DNA from: a virus | Reading direction: 5' to 3' (one strand) | IMG/VR virus record: IMGVR_UViG_3300035659_000003 | Coordinates: 45,911-109,910 of that record | DNA: 64,000 nucleotides | Shown here: in pieces, positions 10,129 through 19,000 of the stretch | Layout of the letters: each line of letters opens with the position of its first letter | Position numbering within the stretch: position 1 is the stretch's first letter | Made by a program: the position numbers and the translations under genes | The notes under the pieces: model-generated | Database searches by the model: none | Told to the model about the DNA's origin: nothing | What the model saw: the letters and a program-made list of their open reading frames with translations, nothing else

Positions 10129-10623
10129 TCATGCCTTTTTCACCAGGTGGATGTGGGGATGGTTCGGGAAGCAGCTCCGGTCGGTGCTGAGCACCAAGTC
10201 GGGATAGCGCTTGATCCCGCGCCGAACCAGCTCAAGGATATAGCCTCCGTCACGGGGCCACACGCCGTGTCGTGCGTTGGTGTTCTCCTTCACCGCGATC
10301 ACGATATCGCCGCAGTAGGGGCAGTCCGCCACCCAGATATCCACATCCTCGTACCACCACTGATAGCCCTTGTGCGGGCGCTCACAGAGGAAGCACGACC
10401 CCTTGGCCGGTTTCGGTAGGGGTGGGGGCGGGCACACGGGCTCCGACTGCGTCGTCGCCAGGAGCGTGCCGTCTTCCCACACCTTGAAAAAGGCGTAGCG
10501 GCCATCCAGCACCTCGAGGCACAACTGGTGCCCTTTCGGGATGATCTCGACGGGCACCGACGAAGCTGCGTGAACCTTCAGATCACGCCCTGTGTCGTTG
10601 AAGAATACGGCGTGTGCTGTCAT
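10129..10623 (-). CDS. Protein with C-terminal HIT-like domain
   Basis: CFLC...CPYC...HPHIHL (HxHxH). Confidence 0.45.
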   Translation of the reverse strand: MTAHAVFFNDTGRDLKVHAASSVPVEIIPKGHQLCLEVLDGRYAFFKVWEDGTLLATTQSEPVCPPPPLPKPAKGSCFLCERPHKGYQWWYEDVDIWVADCPYCGDIVIAVKENTNARHGVWPRDGGYILELVRRGIKRYPDLVLSTDRSCFPNHPHIHLVKKA

Positions 10624-11289
10624 GACTCCTCCTTCTCCCGCGCCAACAGGATGCTGTTCCAGCTAAACTCTACCACGTCTGCATAGGGCAGGTCGTCCAG
10701 CAACCGATCTGCGATTGCCGTGCCCTCGTACTCGGCGAACTGAAATCGGATACCCTCGATCGTAGCAAACAGCCGCGTGCAGGTCGCAACGATGTAGCGC
10801 CAGCCCTTGTCGTTCTCGGCGTTGTGGATGGCCCAGCATGGCACCAGCTCCGCGTCAATGCGCTCAACTGGAAGGCCCGTCAGTGTGCGGGCCGCCACAC
10901 AGGTCAGCGCCAGAGCCATCTCAAGTTCCGTCCACATGTAGCTCATCCTTATGATACCAGGCCTGGGCTCCGCGTGCGGCATTGATCGAGACCAAGAACC
11001 ACCCGCGCCCGAATATCCCGTCAATGTCTTTCTGCCCACTCATAATGACGGTGCCGCCGCTCCCAGCGAAACACTGGAACCGCTGGCCTGGCGGCTTGAT
11101 GATGGTAACGCGGGTTCCGCGTCTCACTTAGTTCTCTCCAGGCACTGTGTGATCCGGCGCGCCAGGAGCTTCGCGTCCCCGCGCGAGATCGTAAAGGCGA
11201 AGCCAGGCTTATCCTCTTCGGGGTAGATCTCCAGCTTCAGCTCCTGGGGGCTCGCCGTCGAGACGTAGCCGTTCGGGTATTTGCCTGGT

Positions 11290-11922
11290 TTACGCCAGCC
11301 CCACATCAGCCCTGGGATGTGCTTGGCCATTTGCTTCCTCCAGTATGTCTAACAGCGCCCCAACGCCAGGTATCCGCACGATCTTCGGGTGTTCGAGATG
11401 CCGGTTGTAGGGGTAGTCAAGAGTGAAGACCGTGATTCCCGCCTCTGCCAGGGCCTGCACAGCTCTCGGGTGGTCGTCCACCATAACAGTGATGCCTAGC
11501 TCCTCGCATTTGGCGGGCTTGTCGCTCGGCTTCTCGACGGTGAATACGGTAGGCTGTACCAGCAGGTGCCACTGCAGCCAGCGCGCCGTTTGCTCCGCCG
11601 CTGGCCTGCCCGTCACGCGCCCGCGCGCCGTAATCCAGGTCACCTCCCAGGTGTCCATCAAGCAGCGCAGCCGCCACCACTCGTCATCGGTTAGCAGACT
11701 AGGCACCCTCTCCCACGAGTTCGGAACCTTGTCGAACTCCCGCCACGCCGCGTTGATGGCCTTCTTGTCCACACCATAGAGCACGGCCAGGTCAGACACC
11801 GTGGCGTCGCCCCCTCGGATCGGCGTGACGGGGTTGCCTGCCGCATCCCGCAGGAACCGCGCCCAGTAGGTCATGAAGTCCGCGACAACTCCGTCCACAT
11901 CCCAGCCTATGCGATAACTCAC
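11290..11922 (-). CDS. 5'(3')-deoxyribonucleotidase, HAD superfamily
   Basis: GTG start. IGWDVDGVV (motif I), ITAR (II), K (III), VMVDDHP (IV), and PYNR. Confidence 0.85.
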   Translation of the reverse strand: MSYRIGWDVDGVVADFMTYWARFLRDAAGNPVTPIRGGDATVSDLAVLYGVDKKAINAAWREFDKVPNSWERVPSLLTDDEWWRLRCLMDTWEVTWITARGRVTGRPAAEQTARWLQWHLLVQPTVFTVEKPSDKPAKCEELGITVMVDDHPRAVQALAEAGITVFTLDYPYNRHLEHPKIVRIPGVGALLDILEEANGQAHPRADVGLA

Positions 11923-12365
11923 TGTTGGCTCCGTCTCCCGCGTAGCGCCTGATAGATAATTGCGCGAGTGATTGCCACGAACGGGCCATGCCACCACCCA
12001 CCACGATGCGCAGGTCGCCCACCCTGTCCCAGAATAGGAAATGCTACAAATAGCTCTGCGTCTGAACGCCTGCGTCCCCGAAAGTAAGGCAGCAACATAC
12101 GGATGATCCACTGCGCCCTGCGTCCAGTAACAACCCAGTCTCCACAGAGCGCCCAGTTCTGCCGCTTTCGAAGTCGGATATCGCCCGCCCCCGTCCCGTC
12201 CTGACACGCCTGCAAAAGCTGCGTATCAGTGTTAGTCACGCGCAGTCTAAGAGCGAAGCCAGTCGGACATCGGTAGCACTGAAGGTGACCCTCGCCCTCC
12301 ACGATGCCCGCAAGCCAGCCTAGAAACGAGTCTGAGGAATCCAAAACCCTAGTCCTCTTACGCAA
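11919..12365 (-). mobile_element. Free-standing LAGLIDADG homing endonuclease
   Basis: WLAGIVEGEGHL...VTNTD...LLPYFRG; overlaps both neighbours. Confidence 0.8.
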
Positions 12366-12547
12366 ACAGAATCACGCCTGCTATAGCCAACGCAGGAAGC
12401 CCTACCATGACTAGGCACGCCGCCCAGAACGGCCAGCGAGGATAGCTGCAGACCACCAGCACGCATTCGCCGTCCAGCACACTACGCTCGCCGCAACGTG
12501 GGCAGATCTCAAGCCCCAGGCCGCCAGTGCCGGAACCGCCGCCCATG

Positions 12548-13156
12548 CTAGTCCTCCACCGCGTCGACCATACCCCACTCCAGAGCCTCTTCGGGGAAGA
12601 GGTAGACGGGGGTGTTGGCCTCTAGAATCGTGAGCCAGAACTCCTCGGTCTTGTAGGGTGTCCCCGCCGCCGCCGTGCTGCGCTCCGCATGGAACTTGGC
12701 TGTCTCCCTGTGCAACCGCGTCAGAAGCTTCTGCTCCGCGTTGAGGTCGCGCAGGTCGCCCACCGTCCAAGACGTGATGCCGTGCACCATCAAGAAAGCG
12801 CTCTTGCCCATCTTGCGGACGTTGCACGTCTGGAGAACCTCGAACGCAGCGCTCATGCCGTGCCCGTAGACCTCGCCGGTGACGATGCAGCCCTTCCGCT
12901 GCGCCGCGCGGATCGCGTCCACGATAGCAAACTCGGACTCCACACTGCCGCCGTTCGAGGAGATGCGGACGGTGATCGGGTCAGGCTTCTCGCTGAGAAG
13001 GCTGATCTCCCGAACGATCCTGGCCGCCATCTCCGACCCCACGCGCTCGTCCAAGTAGACCTCGCGGCGCTTGAGGGCGGCAAACCGAAGCGAATCCTCG
13101 TAGCCGCGTGGCTCCTTCGTCTCGTCCACGTAGGTAGGCTCGTCCTGAGTCCTCAT
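12548..13156 (-). CDS. clpP: ClpP-like serine protease
   Basis: PITVRISSNGGSV, GMSAA (catalytic Ser), LMVHG (His), and YLFPEEALEWGMVD. Confidence 0.8.
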   Translation of the reverse strand: MRTQDEPTYVDETKEPRGYEDSLRFAALKRREVYLDERVGSEMAARIVREISLLSEKPDPITVRISSNGGSVESEFAIVDAIRAAQRKGCIVTGEVYGHGMSAAFEVLQTCNVRKMGKSAFLMVHGITSWTVGDLRDLNAEQKLLTRLHRETAKFHAERSTAAAGTPYKTEEFWLTILEANTPVYLFPEEALEWGMVDAVED

Positions 13157-13348
13157 ACTAGCCCTTCCTCTCCTTCTGATCGCTATCGATCGTCCAGTTC
13201 GCGATGACATCCTCGGCGCAGCCTCCGCAGTAGCAGCCGTCGTCTATCCAGTGCACGCACCCTGAGCAGACCGCCAACCCGCAGGTCTCGCACTCGTGCT
13301 CCGGAAACTCCGCGCTGCAAAACCAGCAGGGGAACTCGCCCACGTCCA

Positions 13349-13744
13349 TCACTCCGCCTCTGACTCCTGCGGCGCGAACGCTCCGGCGCGAATGGCCTCG
13401 ACCGCCTCGATGTCGCGACCGTCAAGTGCCCTGTCGTCAAGCTCAGGATGCGTCCGCTCATACTCCATCAGCGTCAACGCACACCAAGCGACCGACGCCA
13501 ACACATGCTGGCCGTCCTTCGGGTCGAGTGAGACCCCCTTGCGGAACGTCTCCAGGTGCCGCATCATTGCGCCGATGACACGGCTCCAGGCCATGCCCTT
13601 GCGCCAGTTGTGATCGGTGTATTTGCGGGCACCCATCGTGTAGACGAACGCCACCGCCCCTAGTGGCAACGGGGGGATCAGATCATAGCGGAGTTTCTCC
13701 GCGTCGTTCTTCCAGGCCGGTAGTTTGGCCTTCGGGCCGCTCAT
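13349..13744 (-). CDS. dATP/dGTP diphosphohydrolase domain protein (DUF5664-like)
   Basis: KNDAEKLRYDLIP...GARKYTDHNWRKGM...AMMRHL...DGQHVLA..AW. Confidence 0.8.
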   Translation of the reverse strand: MSGPKAKLPAWKNDAEKLRYDLIPPLPLGAVAFVYTMGARKYTDHNWRKGMAWSRVIGAMMRHLETFRKGVSLDPKDGQHVLASVAWCALTLMEYERTHPELDDRALDGRDIEAVEAIRAGAFAPQESEAE

Positions 13745-15038
13745 CACCAAGTCCTGTCCAGCTCCACCGGATAGGGATCGCTCGGCTCGTCGTCTAGAAA
13801 CGAATCCTCCGGTGGCTCGCCCGTAGGAAACCCTCCACTCAGGACATAATCTGGGGAAGCGTAAGGGTCGTCGCGGGCCGCGTCGTCGAGGTCGAGTACA
13901 GGCCGATAGGCCCTGAACGGGGCCTTGTTGATGATCCTGACCGTAGTGGGGCTCCCTTGCCGCACTAGGTACTCTAGCGCCTTGCGGATTCCCCGCATCT
14001 CCTCCAGCATCTGCCGTTGCTGCTCGATACACATAGACTAAGCCTCCTCTATCTCTCGTGCCCAAGGTGGCACCTCGGTCAGTGGTTCCAGTTCCGGCAC
14101 GAGGCCGCTGAATTGCTGCAAGACAAGGAACACCTGCAGCAGCACCGGCTGTGCATTGTCATAGGACGTGCGCCCCAGGCTGGAGACAATCATCCAGGCG
14201 TCGTCGAACGTCAAGGCCAGCTCCTGCTTATCGGCGCTAGGGGCAGCCGCCGCACCGTATCCGGCGATCGCCGCTGTGGTGGTGACGCCCTTTGGAAAGG
14301 TCAGGGCCAGGATGATATCTTGCACCTTGCGGAGTAGATAGTGCACCTCCGACTCGTCCTTCCCCAGCACGTGAGGGCCGCTAATGCCGCGCAAGAGTTC
14401 ATGGATGGCCCAGCCGTCAGTCAGGCTCACCCATATCGTCTTCGTATCGGACATTGGGCACCTCCTCCGATAAGGAATCTACCGCTAGCACAATCGTCTC
14501 CTCGAACTCAGGGTGCTCAGCGCGGAGAAACTCCGTAACCGCGCCGCACTTCTTGCAGACGCCATGCTCGTAGAAATAATGACTCCCCATCACCCATGTG
14601 GGCCGATCCATAATGTAGTGATGGACGCAGTTCGAGTCCCCGCCACGGACGTTGACTCGCTGTGAGGCGTGCTTACCCACGCGTCCACCCCGTCGCCGCC
14701 GCCAGACGCTCCTGAGCAGTCGCGTCCGGCAGGGTATTGATCTCGGGATCGGTGCGAGATAGGCCCAGGATGCGGTCGGTGCTCTTCTCCTCGGGGTCGC
14801 CCCGCTGCTCGGCGTGTTCTCGCATCTCCTGCGCCAACGTGTAGGCGGGCCGGATATGGTCGGAGAATGTGTAAACGTCCAGTGCTCCGAACCGGCCTAG
14901 TGGCACACGCACCGTTACGATTTCCCACGCGTGCTCCCCGAAGGCGTAGCGCTCGACGGCGACAACGACGCCGATCGCCCGCAGCGCTCTCCGCTCAGCC
15001 GTGTGAAGGATTTCTGCTAGCTCACCGAGCCTCGTCAT
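13744..15038 (-). other. Four hypothetical CDSs (13744-14034, 14038-14454, 14417-14680, 14673-15038)
   Basis: Coupled minus-strand ORFs with no recognised family. Confidence 0.55.
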
Positions 15039-15056
15039 TGGTATTCTCCAGTGCTA

Positions 15057-15515
15057 CTAGGCCGCATTTGCCCGTCGCCTCCCATGAACTTCCTCGTTGT
15101 GCTGCGCCAGAGTGTCGTTCAATCTGTCAAAAGGCACAGTTGAGGTAGTACCGTCGCACCAATGAATCGGGACGGGCGGGTGAAACTGCATCCGCCACGC
15201 AATGGCCTCGTCGCTCTTGGCGTTGGCGTCAAGGCGCGTGGCCTTGGTACCTGCAGGGACGAGTTTGAGCGGCGTCGGCGTGTCGACGACCCTCGCCGCG
15301 ACTGCTGCCCGCTGCCCCCCCTCGGCCAGGCTCCAGAAGCGCCAGCCGTTGCAGGCGACTCCGCCCGTGATTGCGCTCCCCGCCGCCGACAAGCTCCCGA
15401 ACTCCCGCCCGTCCTCCAGGCGGCAGCGCCCCCCATCGAGGACGGTGGCCCCGTAAGCGTCGCCCTTATAACGAGCCACCAATGGTGTGCCCGCTGCCAA
15501 GCTATGCCGAGCCAT
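15057..15515 (-). CDS. RAMA/DUF2924-like DNA-binding domain protein
   Basis: YKG...DGREFGSLSAAGSAITGGVACNGWRFW. Confidence 0.7.
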   Translation of the reverse strand: MARHSLAAGTPLVARYKGDAYGATVLDGGRCRLEDGREFGSLSAAGSAITGGVACNGWRFWSLAEGGQRAAVAARVVDTPTPLKLVPAGTKATRLDANAKSDEAIAWRMQFHPPVPIHWCDGTTSTVPFDRLNDTLAQHNEEVHGRRRANAA

Positions 15516-15533
15516 ACGCGACCTCCCTTTCTG

Positions 15534-15567
15534 CTTACTATGACGATCCGGCGGGGTCTTCGGTCAC
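15534..15567 (-). promoter_or_regulatory. ECF-type promoter, class II
   Basis: GTGACCGA-N12-ATCGTCATAGTAAG followed by RBS GGGAGG; one of 4 copies. Confidence 0.65.
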
Positions 15568-15708
15568 ACCCCGCACCCGCTCAATAGGAAACCGGATGAT
15601 CTTATGGGCCTCCTTCTTGGCCCGCTGATAGTCAGCCATGAAGCGGTTCGCCACGCCCATGAATTTCAAGAAGCGGCGCAGCTCAAGGTCAATCGGCTCC
15701 TTGTCCAT
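15538..15708 (-). CDS. Small hypothetical protein (56 aa) ending VTEDPAGSS
   Basis: Manual translation MDKEPIDLELRRFLKFMGVANRFMADYQRAKKEAHKIIRFPIERVRGVTEDPAGSS*. Confidence 0.55.
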   Translation of the reverse strand: MDKEPIDLELRRFLKFMGVANRFMADYQRAKKEAHKIIRFPIERVRGVTEDPAGSS

Positions 15709-15720
15709 CGTCAGGCCCTC

Positions 15721-15954
15721 CTAGCTAAGCAGGGCCTCGACTAGCCCCTGCCGAAACGCCGCAATGATATCTGTGTTGCTCAGGCCCGCCGCGCGGAGTG
15801 CCTTGATCTTAGTCGCCGTCGCCATCTGGGTAGGCGTCCACAGACACGTAGCCTTCGAAGTCAGACTGAGAACCTCGGCGATGCGGGGCGCGGTGACGCT
15901 CAGCTCCTGCTGAAACTTCCGCACTGCTTCGTCGATCTCGTCTTGCGTAAGCAT
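15721..15954 (-). CDS. Hypothetical early protein
   Basis: First gene after the class I promoter at 15967-16007. Confidence 0.6.
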   Translation of the reverse strand: MLTQDEIDEAVRKFQQELSVTAPRIAEVLSLTSKATCLWTPTQMATATKIKALRAAGLSNTDIIAAFRQGLVEALLS

Positions 15955-15966
15955 CCCCGATCACCA

Positions 15967-16007
15967 CCTTTCACTGATAGAGACGGTCGGCTGGGGGGAG
16001 TGTTACG
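15967..16007 (-). promoter_or_regulatory. ECF-type promoter, class I
   Basis: CGTAAC-N16-CGTCTCTAT-CAGTGAAAGG, immediately after the stop of the MuF polyprotein. Confidence 0.75.
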
Positions 16008-16009
16008 GG

Positions 16010-19000
16010 TTATTCTGGGGATTTTTTAGGGTTCTTCCGACGAACAGGCCGGAATGTGGGCCGTGCCTTCCGATAGATCAGGAAGCAGCGGCAGTTAGAC
16101 CGGCAGATCGTGCTGCCGTCTCGGGGTAGGCGGGGCATCCGGTTGGCGGGCCAGGGGCTCTGCGTGGCCATCTCCAGGCACGTAGCACAGTGCTCAGCGC
16201 CAAGGGTCAGCTTCCAGTGGGCCTTCATCTGCGGCAGGTTCTCCGAGACGGTCTGATGATACAGTCCGGCGGAGCCGTCCGCGTAGAGCTTGGCGCGCCA
16301 GATGGCCTGCTTCTCGGTCTTGACCTTGCCCGCCGCCAGATCGTCGCGGAAGCCGTCGAGGTAGTGGTGCTGATGTCTCAACTCGGCCATGAGATTATCC
16401 CGTGCCCGCTGCCGTGCGTCCGGCGTTTCCTTGAGCCGCAGCGTCGAGGCGTAGGCCGACTTGCCATAGAGGTCATCAACCGCCGCGCGCATCTGTGCGT
16501 GCCAGGTATCCACGTCGCCTTCGCCGCGCCACAGGGCACACGTTGCGGTCTCCATTGCCTTCTTCGTGCGCCCGATCTCCATGTTGACGCGCTCAAGCGG
16601 GGAGGGCCACCGGCGCTTGCCTCGCTTGTCCAGCTTAAAGTACACGCGGGAGGGCAGATCGGAGTCCACGGCGGTGCGGGCCTTGTTGATGCCCATCGCT
16701 GCTAGGCGCATCAGCATCTCTGCATGCGCGATTTCCGCCAGGGTAATAGGCGCATTCCGGCTGTCCTGCACGTCCTGAGAACCAGCAACACCCTGGTTCG
16801 TGGTGACGATCCCCGTCGTGACTTCCGGTGCGTTGCCGGTGTGGGCACGAGAATCCATCGGCTCGGTTGGCGCGCCCTTCTCAACCTCCCCACCTACGAA
16901 TATCTGGATGTGCCGCCCGTCCGAGGTGGTCACGAACTTGCGGGGGGCGATCCCCAGCTCCTCACCGAAGTCCTTGTTCAGGGTATCCGCCTCGTCCTCG
17001 ACGGGGTTCCACTCAAGCAGCTCCGCGATAGCGTCGTAAAGCCCCGAGAAGCGCCGCTTAAACTTAGTAGGGCTTATCGTCATGTATGCCACGCACTCGG
17101 CGAACATCTCCGCCGAACTGTCGCGCCCGTAGTGACTCGGGAGACCGCGTGCCGTCTCCTGCGCCGCGTGGAAGGCATCGAGCCAGGTGTCAGAATTAGA
17201 GAAGCGACGCTCCGTGCCATCGTCCATGACATGAGCATACTCGTGGGCGATCACCGCCCGCATGGTGTCATAGGGGCCAGAGGGAAGCTCTCCCCCCATC
17301 GCGCTCCCCCACGACTGGGCGTCGAGGGTCAGGACACTGACCTCCGCCTCATCATATCCGACGTAGGTCATGCCCGCCGCCTTGCCCACGTCGTCTGGAG
17401 ACAGCTCGCCCGCTTCTGCCAGATCTTCCATAGCACGTCTCATATCGTCGCGGGAGTAGGTGTGCCAGACCGCATTAGGTACGCCGTGCGGTGCGGGCAT
17501 CAGCACCAGCACCTCAGCGACGATGGGCTGATCCTGAACGTAGACATCAGCGAAGTCATGCTGCTCGGCGATCTTGAGCGCGGTGAATAGCTCGTGGATT
17601 TTCTTCGGTATTGCCTCCCCGCCATGCCGGTTGATGTCGCGGATATGGCGAATCAGGGCGCTCCGTCGGACGTGGGCACCTCCGTGCTTGCCATGCTTCT
17701 TCTGATCATGCTTGCCTGGAAGGTGCTTCTCGACCCCACTCGCAGGCTGCAACGCGAACACATCATGCGTCTGCTTTGTCCAGTCGGCATTATGCATGTC
17801 CTCGTCCAGCCACACGGCCTCTTGTGCGGCGAGTTCGATATTGTGATGCCGCATATCCTGCTCGAAGCGCTCCTCCCACGCCGGTAGTTCCTGCCCTCCA
17901 GCACGCCGAGCAACGACATCAATTTCCCCGCCGATGACTAGCATCTCATACTCTTCGGCGCAGCCAGGCCCTGTGCGGAACGTCGAAAAGATCTTATCAC
18001 GAGGCACGCGGGCGGCAACCAGCATCTGCTCTTCCTCATGGTGTATAGCAAAGCGCGTTGCAACCGAGTACTCGCTGGCGAAGGACGACAGGGGGTTGAG
18101 CTTAGCACGGGTGCGCGTCGGCTCATCCGCTGGTAGTGCAGATACCCAGTCCGGAATTTTCGCTGCCTCGTCCCATCCCATACCCCGCACCAGCACGACC
18201 TCATCCATCTCCAGCTCTTTGAGAAGGGCCTGCGTGTCCTCATATACAGAGTCCACCCATGCCCGCAGAACCGGCCCGTGCTTGGAGACGATACGGTCAA
18301 TCTCGTCGGAACCATGTTCGACGTAGGCGACCGTAGTGTCCTCCACGCCGAACGCCTCTGATGCAACCCGCTGCAGTGCAACGCTCGGTGCCCGATGATC
18401 AGAACTAGATATGGCCCACGTCTTGGTCAAGTAGTAAGCGACCTTTTCCGACGAGGACAGCTCTACCCCCTTCGCCGGATCGTAGACATCGCGAAAGTGA
18501 GGAGCGAGAGTTCGTGCCGCTGCCCAGAAGGGAGCAGCCTTAGCCATCTTGTCTTCGGCGTCTGCCCACCCTTCGGCGAGAGCCATCGTCAATGTCTGCC
18601 GAACACCCGTCAGCTCATCCCGATTGCCTCCCCGAAACCGATAGTTATCCCCTTCCCGAGAAATCCTTACAGGCGAGCCGACTTTCTCATAGTAGTCATT
18701 CAAGAAGCGAGCCGCTTCATAGGAGAGCTTGTCAAGATTCTCCGACTCCTGCTCAGGCGTTACGCCGAGCTTCCGCTCCATCCCCTTCGCCGTCCGCTCC
18801 ATGATTTCCTGCTTCAGATCAGCGCGGGCGTCATCGTCCCTAACATCGATGCTATTGCCCGCCGTCAGGATACCTACCTGCTCTTCCAGCTTCGCACTGA
18901 AGCTCCTATCCTTTGCCCGCTGGCTGAGCACGCCGTCCACCGAGAATAATGCGTCCCTGATACGCACAGCAGCATTGAAGTTCTCGTAGCCACCCTCCTT

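Noticed and set aside
11923-12207. Long N-terminal extensions in the ORF track (11290-12207, 13349-14065, 42847-43365, 43266-43745, 4307-5083)
   Set aside because: They overlap upstream genes; downstream starts with an RBS or stop-start coupling fit the domain boundaries better.
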